From the NCBI GenBank assembly GCA_951406725.2, contig OX597823.1, forward strand, positions 31,186,001-31,250,000: DNA of 64,000 nucleotides, read 5' to 3'. This document shows positions 1 through 13,336 of the stretch, one piece after another. The notes under the pieces are model-generated. The model was not told where the DNA came from. It did not search any database and worked only from the letters and a program-made list of their open reading frames with translations. Position 1 is the first letter of the stretch, and each line of letters begins with the position of its first letter. The DNA comes from Octopus vulgaris. Its lineage: Eukaryota. Position numbers and translations under genes: made by a program.

Positions 1-169
1 AAAGAAAGAAACATTATAAAATGCTTATGAAATATTGTATTATTTATTTACAGAATAAATATAAAATAATAAAAATTAACTTTTATTATATTCATTATAT
101 TGTTTCCGATATAAATTAATATTACTAAGAAATATTACCGATCTCTGGGCACACTGGAAAAAAAATCTA

Positions 170-1003
170 CCAGTACACCACATCAGATAGTTTGAGAAGC
201 ACTGATGTAAAGCACATAAAAGAAATTAATATGCACAAGTCAAATTCTGCAACACCACGAAGGAACATATGAAAAACGACATTGCTTAAATGGCAGCCAT
301 TTTCGGCTTTGCACGTCCGTACTCTTTCCAAGACTTGCACCATAACGCCTTCAAGAATTTCACAGCCCACTTCTCAGATTTCTATATTGATGTTCTCCTT
401 CAGTTGCACCAGGGTCTCCGGTATGTTGACGTAAACCCTCTCTTTCAGGTATCCCCATAAGAAAAAAATCTAGTTTAGTCAAGTCTGGGGAATGTGTAAG
501 CCAGTTGACATTGCAATGGCGGGAGATTATTCTCCCTCCAAAGCACGCCGTCACTATTGCATTGTTCCTCATGCGGTATGAACAGTTGCCCCATCTTGAT
601 GGAACCATGTGTGAGGTCTACTTTGAATGGACTTCACGCTCCCCAGACTACACTAGCCCGGATTTTTTCTTGTGTGGAAACCTGAAAGAGAGTATTTACG
701 TCAGCAAACCGGAGATCCTAGAGTAACTGAAGGAGAACATCAGTAGAGAACTCAGAGAAGTGGGGCCTGAAACTATTCAGAGTGTTATGGTGCAAGTTTT
801 GGAAAGAGCATAGGCGTGCGAAGTCGAAAATGGCTGCCATTTAAGCGATATTATTTTTCATATGTAAGGTAGTGGGTTTGCAGAATTTGATTTATGCATA
901 TTAATTTTCCATTATGTCCTTGATATAGTATCAAAATTTATCTGTAAAGTTGAGGAAGTTATTAAAACTTCAAACCCATCAGTGGCTTTTGGGACATCCT
1001 GTA
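170..1003. mobile_element. Tc1/mariner-derived foldback element made of two inverted, decayed transposase 3' ends
   Basis: Minus 230-608 reads WFHQDGATVHTA...NWLTHSPDLTKLDFF...ENGCHLSNVVFHM. Plus 620-870 reads WTSRSPDYTSPDFFLCGNLKE...ENGCHLSDIIFHM*. These match the QDGA and WPxxSPDL motifs of mariner-type transposases. Right end tttgggacatcctgta resembles a Tc1/mariner TIR plus TA. Confidence 0.8.
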
Positions 1004-1056
1004 TATATCCATATGCAAGTATATGAAAGTAAGTACATGTGTATAAATATGTGTGA

Positions 1057-1099
<43 letters not shown>

Positions 1100-1182
1100 G
1101 GTCCCGGGTTGATTCGGGGTTAACCACAGTAAGTAAGGTACTCAATACATAGCAGAGTAAAATTAATTTATTATATAGAAGG

Positions 1183-1233
1183 AGCTTCTACAGGACTAGT
1201 ACTGTTTCATTCAAGAGAAATCTTCAGGAAGCT
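1183..1233 (-). ncRNA. Type I hammerhead ribozyme motif (inverted copy)
   Basis: Exact reverse complement of the motif at 2088-2138. Confidence 0.7.
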
Positions 1234-1586
1234 ATTTAACAAGAATTGTATTAGCATTTATACATTTAGGCAGGTTTAAAGGAGTGGTGGTGGGGGACTT
1301 TTTGGGGGTAGGCATAGCGCAAAATATCATACTTGGGGGAGTGGTCAAGGAGTCAGTGGTAAGTTAGATGAAAGAATAGATAAATAAAAAAATAAAAAAA
1401 TAAAATAATAAAATAAAAAAATAAAAAAATAAAAAATATATATAAAAAAATATATATATAAAATATATATATATATATAAAAAAAAATGAGGGGATAGAG
1501 TTATAGGTAAATAAGGAGATTCTCACTTATACCTAAACACACATGTATACGTATCTACACACACATACATATACACATATATATAT

Positions 1587-1631
<45 letters not shown>

Positions 1632-1940
1632 CATATATACACACATACATACATATCTACATACACACATACATACACCCGCCCACATATACAAATTTAT
1701 ACACATGCACATGCCTATACCTGTCTACACATACACACACGTATATATGCATACACTCACTCCCATGCATGCACGCATACACATATGTATATATATATAT
1801 ATATATACACGACCACACATACATATATACACAGAAAAATATATATTCATACGCACATACACTCATGCACACACAACACACCTAGTTCCCTATATACACA
1901 TATTTACACCTATATATACATACACCCACATACACCTATT

Positions 1941-1975
<35 letters not shown>

Positions 1976-2087
1976 GCATACATATATATACATGTGTGCA
2001 CATACATACATACACACATATACATACACATACACATACACATGTGTATGCCTAAATGTATAAATGCTAATACAATTCTTGTTAAAT

Positions 2088-2138
2088 AGCTTCCTGAAGA
2101 TTTCTCTTGAATGAAACAGTACTAGTCCTGTAGAAGCT
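2088..2138 (+). ncRNA. Type I hammerhead ribozyme motif
   Basis: Stem I AGCTTC/GAAGCT; core CTGAAGA (2094-2100); short stem II TTC-TCTT-GAA; GAAA (2113-2116); stem III ACAG/CTGT; cleavage triplet GUA (2130-2132). Confidence 0.7.
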
Positions 2139-2206
2139 CCTTCTATATAATAAATATATATATATATATATATATATGTATGAATGCATGTATGTATGCA
2201 TGTATG

Positions 2207-2254
<48 letters not shown>

Positions 2255-2872
2255 TATCTTTACATACGTGTACAATGTGTCAATTCCCATTTTCGTTAAG
2301 AATAAGCATATACACTCTGGATAAAACTATGCTCCAAATGAAACTGCTCTACTGGGAAAATTCCATGATCACACATACGTACATATATAACTTATCTAAG
2401 TTATATATATGTGTGTGTGTATGTGTGTGTCAGTGTGAATATATGAAAAAGAAAAGAATGACTACACTGGTAGTTCAAACTAATTTAATATTCTAATAAT
2501 ATAAGTTAATTTTACAGTTTGGTTTGTAGATCTGGTAAGTTCTTTATTAACTTCGATGAGGAGATTTTATTAAAGATTCCCTGTTAAAGTTTCGGAGACC
2601 TTTCTCGCATCCGTCGGTAGCGGTTGTTAAACTGATCTTCACAGTGTATTGTGCTGTGTTAGTCTATTTATAAGAGTTTTGGGTATGTCTGTGGTGCGGT
2701 TGGGGTTTGTAGATCTAACTTATATTATAAGAAGACTAAAATAATTAGAACTGCCAGTGACGTCATTCATTTCCTTTTTTTCAAATATACTTAGCTGTAC
2801 CAAAGATTTCACACATTTCCTAATACATACATATATACATACATACATACATACATACATACATACATACCT

Positions 2873-2959
<87 letters not shown>

Positions 2960-3316
2960 TGTATGTATATATATGTGTGTATGAATCTATATATAAACGA
3001 CTGGGGTTAGAGTGCTTAAAGTCACGCGAACTTAGAATTGTTTCTTCATATAAAATTGTATGCGGATATTAATATATGTGCACGTGTGTGTGTAATTGTG
3101 AGTGAGTGTGTGTGAGTGTGTGTGTGATTTCGTATTAGCATGCATATGTGTGTACGTTTCTCTTTGTGCGTCTGTGTGTTTGTGTGTGTATTTGTGCAAA
3201 GACAAAAGTACTTCAACATAAAAGACTCTCCCCAGACACAACAGAATATACTTCAACACAGTTTCTCATAAACATTCCTTATTAATTTTCACAACCCAAT
3301 TCACAGAGCTAGCCAC

Positions 3317-3347
<31 letters not shown>

Positions 3348-3387
3348 TGTATGTATGTATGTATGTATGTATGTATATATATATATA

Positions 3388-3452
<65 letters not shown>

Positions 3453-3467
3453 TGTATGTATGTATGT

Positions 3468-3503
<36 letters not shown>

Positions 3504-3560
3504 CATACATACATACATATATATGTGGTTAGCTCTGTATATATATAGCTCTGTGGTTAG

Positions 3561-3622
<62 letters not shown>

Positions 3623-3737
3623 GGATGCATATATGTATATATATTATACATATTTATAAATGTATATATATATATATATAATCAGAAATATTAAATTTCT
3701 AAATATCTCATAGAGATATGTATGGTGGTGGGGCGAT

Positions 3738-3987
3738 AGAATGGTTGTATACTGTTAATTTAACGTGACAGTAGGGGATTACATCACCGCTGTTTAGCCC
3801 TAGGAAGCATCGACGCCTCCTGATGGCTTCGACGCATTTTTTTTCCTTTTTTTCTCTTTTTTTTCTCTTTTTCTTTTTTTCAGGGGAAAAAAAATGTGTC
3901 GAAGTCATCAGGAGGCGTCGATGCTTCCTAGGGCTAAACAGCGGTGGTGTAATCCCCTACTGTCACGTTAAATTGACAATATATAAC

Positions 3988-3993
<6 letters not shown>
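3738..3993. repeat. Foldback element with ~108-bp inverted arms around a pyrimidine-rich spacer
   Basis: 3738-3846 is the near-perfect reverse complement of 3884-3993. Confidence 0.85.
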
Positions 3994-4062
<69 letters not shown>

Positions 4063-4350
4063 TACACACACACACGCACATACCTATATTTATGTATACA
4101 AAACACAATACAACAGAAATATATGCTTCTGTGTGTGTACGCGCGCGCTATTGATTTCTAAACACTATTGGTCACTCACACAGACAAGGTTATATAACAC
4201 TTAACTGCTGTATCGCAACGGAAGGCTCAATATATAAACCTACAGCGCCACTATTTCACCACACAAATACTAATAAACATATAAATCTATCTATCTATCT
4301 ATCTATCCGTATGCATGGTAATCTCTTCATATATATATACAATATATACG

Positions 4351-4382
<32 letters not shown>

Positions 4383-4398
4383 GTTTTCATGTTTGGAT

Positions 4399-4457
<59 letters not shown>

Positions 4458-4516
4458 CCTATATATTAATATATATACATACATGCATATACATACAAAT
4501 ACATCTTCACACACAA

Positions 4517-4565
<49 letters not shown>

Positions 4566-5087
4566 TGAGTGTGTGACCTTGTGTCTGTGATTGTCTCTCA
4601 ACACCGCTTGATGACTGGTGTTCGCGTGTTTTCCTCTCTGTAACTATCTGTAAACAAAATGAAGTAAAACAGATGAATATAAAATATATGTGTAAGTACG
4701 TATATGTACGTATATGCACGTATGTATGTATGTATGTATGTATGTATGATTTATGTACGCATGTATGTATATACATATATACATACATTATTAAAAATAA
4801 CAAAAATCTTTGGATGGACTTTATAAACATTCAATGCATCGCGTTGCCATAAATCACTTGAGATCACAGACCGTATTCTTGCGATGATCACAGTGTAGTC
4901 CATAGTATCCGTAGGACCTCCAAAACCGGCTCAACAGTCAGCATCATTGCACAGTGGCTGACAGAATGGAATAGGAGCTTTATTTGCATGTTCTAAACGT
5001 TTGCCGTAATCAAATTTAAAAGATATATATATATATATTTATATGCTTTCGGTGAGAACGGTTTTATATATGGCGCCGAGTTTACAA

Positions 5088-5237
5088 TCCTGTAAATAAT
5101 AATAATGTTATATTTATATTAGCTTAAAGCTCATGGTGATCACCGTGCAATTACATCATTTTCCTTAGCCATTGCACGGTGATCGCCACAAGCTCTAAGC
5201 TTATATAAAAATACCATTATTATTATTATTTACGGGA
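5088..5237. repeat. Imperfect hairpin (~63-bp arms, ~19-nt loop) next to (TA)n
   Basis: tcctgtaaataataataat...tggtgatcaccgtgcaat pairs with attgcacggtgatcgcca...attattattatttacggga. Confidence 0.8.
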
Positions 5238-5265
5238 GATATATATATATATATATATTTATATA

Positions 5266-5657
5266 TACAAGGTGACCCAAAAATAGGTTTACAGTTATTC
5301 TACTATCTCTTTCGCATTCATATATTAACAGTTTAGATCTTAATTATAAAACAGGTCGACTTTGCCTTTCATCCTTTCGAGCTCGATTAAATAAGTACCT
5401 GTTGAACACTAGGCTCGATGTCATCGACTTAATCCTCTTGTCTGTCCTTGTTTGTCCCCTCAATGTTTAGCCCCCTGTGGGCAATAAAGAAATATAATTA
5501 TAAAGCAATATGGAACTGTTATTTTATGCTAATTTAGTTAATTTTGTCAAGCTCCCTTTTCAGATTGTAAGATAGAAATTTAAATGTAATAAAATGCTTT
5601 AACAGAAATTTAAAGTGCCTACGTGATAACTGTAAACCTACTTTTAGGCGACCTTGT
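5266..5657. mobile_element. Tc1/mariner-type MITE containing a SINE family A insertion (5352-5494)
   Basis: TIRs tacaaggtgacccaaaaataggtttacagttat and ataactgtaaacctacttttaggcgaccttgt. The nested SINE is flanked by taattataaa repeats. A second copy lies at 13113-13332. Confidence 0.75.
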
Positions 5658-5801
5658 TTATTTATACTTGTTACGTTATAAGAAAAAAAATCAGTAAATG
5701 GAAGCATTATATTCTAGAGTACTAATGTATTATTTTTTGACAACAATATAGCTTGCAAAAACTTCGAAGTCACTTTCAGTAGCGTCCTTCTTAGAGAATT
5801 A

Positions 5802-5856
<55 letters not shown>

Positions 5857-5867
5857 GTACATACATA

Positions 5868-6275
5868 TACCTTTAGCCTTTTGCTTCTTTCAGTCCATAG
5901 ATTGCGGCCATGCTGGGGCACCGCCTTGAAGAATTTTCAGTCGAATGTCATCAACGCCATTACGTATATTATTAAAACCTGGTAATCACTCTGTCGGTCT
6001 GTTGTGCCAAACCGCTAAGTTACGGAGACGTAAACGCACCAGCACTGGCTGTGAAGTGATGGTGATGGTCGTGATGGGGAGAAACAGAGACATGTAGACA
6101 CACACACATACACACACAGGTATATGTACATTTATACGAGGAGCTTCTTTCAGTTTCCTGCTACCAAATTAACTCACAAAGATTTTGTTCGGCCCGGGAT
6201 TATAATAGAAAACGTAATAGGAGCTACACAGTGACATGTGGTTGAAAGCAAGTTTCTTCTTAACGGCCACGCCTG
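5868..6275 (-). mobile_element. SINE family B, diverged copy
   Basis: Colinear with the copies at 17677-18088 and 42972-43383. Confidence 0.8.
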
Positions 6276-6712
6276 ATACGTACATGTATATAAAGATATA
6301 TGTGTATATGTGTATATACATACATATATACATATACGTATGTATATATGTATAAGTGTGTGTGCTTGGAAATAAGGTATAACATATATGTACATACAAA
6401 CACACACATACTTACGTATATGCACGCGTGTGTATAAACACAGACATACACATATATATGTGTATTTGTGTGTGTATGTGTCTGTGTGTGTATCTGTGTA
6501 TATACACACACACACATATGTACACAAAGCCACGCACAGGTAGACATACATAGGTTTATATATGAAGGTGTGCATTTTTTATTGGTAATCAGCAGAAGTA
6601 GCGTAGGTGGCTCAAGGGCGGAGAGTTTCGTGCTTTGGCGGTCATCAAAATAAAATTATATAATTCCTCGTATTTCAGGTCTATAGATAGATATAGGATT
6701 ACACTAATCCTA

Positions 6713-6805
<93 letters not shown>

Positions 6806-6869
6806 GTCTGTCTGTCTGTCTGTCCCTTTGTCTTTCTCTCTCTCTTTCAATATACTTTTAGTTTTTATT

Positions 6870-7225
6870 TTTATTTTATTTTATTTGTTTCAGGCATTTG
6901 ACTGGGGCCATACTGGAGCACCACCTTTAGTCGAGAAAATCGACACCAGGACTTATTGTTTGTTAGCCTAATACTTATTCTATCGGTCAGCTTTTGCTCA
7001 ACCGCTAGCTGATGGGGATGTAAACACACCAACATCGGTTGTCAAGCGATGGTGAGTGAACAAACACAGACACAAGTAACAAATGCATAATATACGTACG
7101 AGAGGCTTCTTTCAGTTTCCGTCTACCAAATCCACTCACAAGGCTTTGGTTTGACCGAGATTATAGTAGAAGACACGTAATGTGCCATGCAAGGTGCCAC
7201 ACAATGGCACTGAACCATGTGGTTA
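6870..7225 (-). mobile_element. SINE family B
   Basis: Shares ggagcaccacctttagtcgag...cttctttcagtttccgtctaccaaatccactcacaagg. Confidence 0.85.
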
Positions 7226-7281
<56 letters not shown>

Positions 7282-7291
7282 TATAATAATA

Positions 7292-7441
7292 TACATTACT
7301 CGATAGTCAAGATAAAACTCTGAGTTTCAGATGCCGAAGTAGGAATCCACGACATCTCTTCGGAGATATCCGAAGAGATGTCGTGGATTCCCACTTCAGC
7401 ATCTGAAACGCAGAGTTTTATCTTGACTATCGAGTAATGTA
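7292..7441. repeat. 150-bp near-perfect palindrome with hammerhead-like arms
   Basis: 73-bp arms with 3 mismatches around the loop gata (7365-7368). Confidence 0.9.
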
Positions 7442-7521
7442 ACATATTATTGTATAGATAAATTTCCTCTATTTACATAATATTGAGGTCTCTTTCTTTC
7501 TTTTGTTATCTTACCGTTTTA

Positions 7522-7600
<79 letters not shown>

Positions 7601-7707
7601 GTATAGATATATATGTGTGTGTGTACATATACATATACATATACATATATATGTATATATATATATATATTTATATTTACATACATATGTATATTTATAT
7701 ATACATG

Positions 7708-7752
<45 letters not shown>

Positions 7753-7842
7753 GTATATATATATAAATATGCATAAATATTCATAAATATATATGTATAT
7801 ATATAAATATACTTAAATATACATATATATACATATATATAC

Positions 7843-7900
<58 letters not shown>

Positions 7901-7936
7901 TATGTATAAATGTACGTACATGTTTATATATATGTA

Positions 7937-7974
<38 letters not shown>

Positions 7975-8530
7975 GTGCATGTTCGTGGGCGTTGTATATT
8001 TGTTTAGATGACGGCAATAAAAATTAGCAATGTACACGAATATACATATGCTTCTCTCAGATGTGGAAATTATCTCCAAACAAAAAAAAACCCAACGATG
8101 CTCAGAGTGCACATGCTGCGCACATATTCCCACATATACTTGCTTATGGGCAGTGCATATATATATACACACACACACTCACACACACATATATATATAT
8201 ACACACACACGCACACACACACACATATATATATATGTGTATATATACACACGTGTGTTTGTGTGTGTATTTATCATATATTCTATATATATTTCCGCCA
8301 TGCTTGTACATAAGTGCATCCAACCATACATACATACATGCATACCACACCCTCACGCAAACACACGATGGGACATATATAATATTTATATATACACATA
8401 TATAAACATATATATATATTTATATATACATAGACACACACACACACATATGCAAACATTCTTTTTGAGAGGGGCTTACACTTGTCTCTCTCTACAAATA
8501 TGTGTGTATATATATATATCTATACATATG

Positions 8531-8563
<33 letters not shown>

Positions 8564-8731
8564 ATATACATATATATGTATATATATATCTACATGTATA
8601 CAAATATATACATATATGTATATTTATATATAAATATATATTTGTGTGTGTATGTATATATATATATATATGTGTGTGTGTTTGTATTTATGTATATATA
8701 TATATATACATGCTTGTGTGTGTATGTGTGA

Positions 8732-8835
<104 letters not shown>

Positions 8836-9299
8836 ATATATATATGTATATATAAAATATAGTTGTGTGTGTGCGTGTGTGTGTATGTATGCATGTATAT
8901 GTATATATAAATATATATATATATACATACATATATGTATACAAATGAAATAGAATGCACCGAATAACCTTTGCAAATGGCAGTATGCCACGTGATAATG
9001 TCTCATCATAGAAAGAGAACAAAATGGTGGTGTGTGGGGAGTGGTGCTTTGTGAGGAATGGTGAGAGATGATTGAATGTGTGTGTGTAAGGAGGGTGATT
9101 GGAAAAGTTAGAGTGTAAATTCTGTGCTGAGAGGGAAGGGTGAGGAGAGGGATGGGAAAGTGGAGAGCAAGGTGTGGTGATGTGGTGGCGTGACGTTTCG
9201 CAGTGTCGGGTGAATATTTTGAAGCAAAGAACGATAAAAGCACTTCAAGATTATATATGCATGTCTATCGAAATAGCTACACACACACACACACACTCG

Positions 9300-9362
<63 letters not shown>

Positions 9363-9364
9363 GT

Positions 9365-9399
<35 letters not shown>

Positions 9400-9642
9400 C
9401 ATACATACATACATACATACATGCATACTTCCACACACACACAAACACACACACACACACGCACATATACTTATATTGTTATAGATGGATAGATGGATAG
9501 ATAAATAGATAGATAGATACATACATACATGCATACATACATACATACATACATACATGCATACATATATATATATATATATTTATATATAGATTGATAG
9601 ATACATTCAAACATACATGCATACATGCACACACACACACAC

Positions 9643-9855
<213 letters not shown>

Positions 9856-9863
9856 CAGATAGC

Positions 9864-9931
<68 letters not shown>

Positions 9932-10050
9932 CAGACATAATATTATGTATGCCGATACATTTGTTCTTAAATAGATGCATGTTTTTATTCATGCATAGAA
10001 AGACTGATAATGAGCTAAATGGATAAGATATACAGTGGGGAATCATAAAG

Positions 10051-10142
<92 letters not shown>

Positions 10143-12009
10143 ATATATATATGTATACATATATATATATATATATGTATGTATGTATATATATATATAA
10201 ACTCATAGCTCCCCCCACAAACACACACATACACATACATATACGTGTGTGTGTGTGTGTGTGTTTGTGTTTGTGTACATATATAGTTCGATATACGCTC
10301 ACAATTTTGTGCAACTTTTACTTAGTTAAATAATGAAAAAAATTGTACCAGGTATAATACAGTTTACACTCTATACCTGAAGGAGGCGCTATTCGTCGAA
10401 ATTGTAAGGCAATTATGTAAATTTTATGGCATAAATGTGTGTGTGTGTATGTGTAGTTGAAGTTGTTTTAAGTGTCGGGTTCTTTATCACAAAATAGTTT
10501 AATCGACGATAGCATATCGCTATATATATATTAAACGAGTGTATTATTTAGATAGTGTGCTTCACAACGACGACTATATAACTGATACACACACACTCAC
10601 ATACTCACGCACACACACACATGTAGCACATGTACATGCGTATGTATGTGTATACATATATACATATATATATATATGCATGTTTATCTATCTATATTTA
10701 CATCTATAAGTATATTCATGTATGTATATGTCCATATATACCTACATACATATGTGTGTTTGTGTGTGTGTGTGTCTGTGTATATCTGAGTTTGTGTGTC
10801 AGCGTATGTGTGTATGTGTCTCTCGGTGACTAGATAATGATGATAATGTGAATAACTTTTCCGAAGCTATTTAGAAAGAAGGCATTAGGATATGGAGATG
10901 GGAAAATGTATGTGACTGGAGATCGGGGTAGGTAGAGGTACTTGCATCATGGCGGCTATAATTATCGGGGTGGGTACTCTGTCGTGATTAAGTGATCCAG
11001 GACTAATTGACAATTTATATGAATTAATATTGGAAACTGTTAATTTGCAATCAAAAAACGAGTGCGTGGATAATTTTGCAAATGCATGTTTATATACATT
11101 TGTTCTTTTTCTGGTGTAATTGTAGAAGAACATGCTTGAAATAAAAACCCTGAATGTGTTTGTGTGTGTTTGTGCGTGTCTGTGTATGTGTGCGCTCGAG
11201 TCCGTGCGTTGTATGTGTGGTGGTGAGGTGGAGGATTAAAGTAATTATATGCGGGTACTTGGGTGGAAATAAATGTTAAATATTCATCACTTAGAAATGT
11301 ACTAAACATTTGTGCAAATGGAAAATTCATAATATTCCCTTTTTTCAAATTAAAAGAAAATGATCAACCACGAAGGGCAAAAGAATACTTCATAAAAATT
11401 AAAAATACGAAACTAAAACAGAAATAATCAATACGATTACTAAAAGTAACTTTATACGGATTAGCCAAGAAGAGTTTCAAAAGTTGAACAACGAGAGTAT
11501 TTATGTGCAATACGGAAACTTCTTCCCAAAAGTTCGTGTCATTCCATAAGTAGAAATCAATTTTTTACCATCAGTATTCTGATGGTAAATAATTATTTGC
11601 TCTTAACAGATTGGGCTTTTAGACTATTTGTCTAAGCCATGTTTTCTTTCCTTTTCCTTCTTTTTGTTCATATTTTATGCTCTTGTTTTTTATTCTGATC
11701 AAGATCCCCGTTGCCTTAATTTCGAATGCCCTATGAAGATGAAGAATTTTATTCTCGCATGGCAATCCAATCAGTAACGGCCGTAAGATATGTTACGTCA
11801 CTTGTTTTGTTATGTCATGCTTTGTATTAAAAATAAGCTATAAATGTAGTCCAATCGATGTGTTTGTTAATCTGTAGTTTTCTCCATTTTCTTATTATTT
11901 CGTTATATATATATTTGTTATATATATATGTGTGGTCAGACCATATGGCGTCTACATCTAGCTTATTGGATGTCGACCTAGTGGTCAATCCTCTTATAAG
12001 TATACGTAT

Positions 12010-12392
12010 ACTCTTTTACTTGTTTCAGTCATTTGTCTGCGGCCATGCTGGAGCACCGCCTTTAGTCGAGCAAATCGACCCCGGGACTTATTCTTTGTAA
12101 GCCCAGTACTTATTCTATCGGTCTGTTTTGCCGAACCGCTAAGTAACGGGGACGTAAACACACCAGCATCGGTTGTCAAGCAATGCTAGGGGGACACACA
12201 AATATATACACACACATGTATATATACATATATACGACAGGCTTCTTTCAGTTTCCGTCTACCAAATCCACTCACAAGGCATTGGTCGGCCCGGGGCTAT
12301 AGCAGAAGACACTTGCTCAAGATGCCACGCAGTGGGACTGAACCCGAAACCATGTGGTTGGTTAGCAAGCTACTTACCACACAGCCACTCCT
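12010..12392 (-). mobile_element. SINE family B (tRNA-derived head, CORE-like centre, internal microsatellite)
   Basis: Minus strand begins ggagtggctgtgtggtaag (A box), then ggtttcgggttcagtccc (B box) and the CORE-like segment, and ends in a gtaaaagag tail. Confidence 0.9.
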
Positions 12393-12414
12393 ATATATAT
12401 ATATATATATATAT

Positions 12415-12453
<39 letters not shown>

Positions 12454-12545
12454 CATACATACATACATACATACATACATACATACATACATACATACAT
12501 ACATACAGACAGACAGACAGACAGACATACAGACAAACATACATA

Positions 12546-12710
12546 CGGGTGGTTCGAATAAATTGATGATTTTTTTAATATCTCCTTTTTTTCAGGAACA
12601 CCTTGATGTATTGGTGAACAGTCTACAGAATTGGAGAGCATAAAGATTGAATTTGTGGTTGAGAAAAATGAGATGATATGGAGGAATGGAAGCCATTTGA
12701 ATGTTAGAAG
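12546..12710. repeat. Dispersed repeat fragment, probably a DNA transposon end; inverted copy at ~14500-14625
   Basis: tattggtgaacagtctacag...gcataaagatt..atttgtggttgagaaaaa matches the reverse complement of 14500-14625. Confidence 0.65.
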
Positions 12711-12792
<82 letters not shown>

Positions 12793-13112
12793 CATATATA
12801 TGCATATGCATACACACTCAACAGTATATTTAACTAGTGACACATTGAAATAATAGTCAGTGGCTGAGTATTCCGTAGACACTAGAGATCTAATGTTATC
12901 CTTAAACAGAATCATTACAACACAATGTATGACAGATTGGGTCAATTGCATTACTGGTACATTCTATCCGGCAACACCCAACATGATTTCTATCGTCGCA
13001 ATTGACCTGACAGTGTAGTATGATAGAGTTACCCAAGCTATCACAGATTGAGATCGAACCCACGACTTCATATGCACACACACAGTCACATTTATTATAT
13101 ATATATATATAT

Positions 13113-13332
13113 ATACAAGGTGGCCCAAAAGTAGGTTTGCAGTTATCACGTAGGCACTTTAAATTTCTTTTAAAACATTTTATTACATTTAAATTTCTAT
13201 CTTACAATTAACTAAAGTAGCATAAGATAATGATCTAATATTTTTTTTTTATAATTAAGTTCTAAACTCTTAATATATTAATGCGAAACAGATTGTTAAA
13301 TAACTAGGAACCTACTTTGGGCTACCCTACAA
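13113..13332. mobile_element. Tc1/mariner-type MITE, same family as 5266-5657, opposite orientation
   Basis: TIRs tacaaggtggcccaaaagtaggtttgcagttat and taactaggaacctactttgggctacccta; internal sequence shared. Confidence 0.75.
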
Positions 13333-13336
13333 TATT

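Larger units (their letters stand above)
1099..2155. mobile_element. Probable Penelope-like element terminal remnant with 107-bp perfect inverted repeats, embedded in (TA)n
   Basis: 1166-1272 is the exact reverse complement of 2049-2155. Each arm contains a hammerhead motif, and both ends abut (TA)n. Confidence 0.6.

Noticed and set aside
2530-2650. Possible hammerhead on the minus strand (TGAAGA...CCGAAAC)
   Set aside because: No convincing stems I or III.
11564-11589. Perfect 11-bp hairpin tttaccatcag/ctgatggtaaa
   Set aside because: Terminator-like shape is not meaningful in eukaryotic DNA, and no downstream hammerhead half was found.
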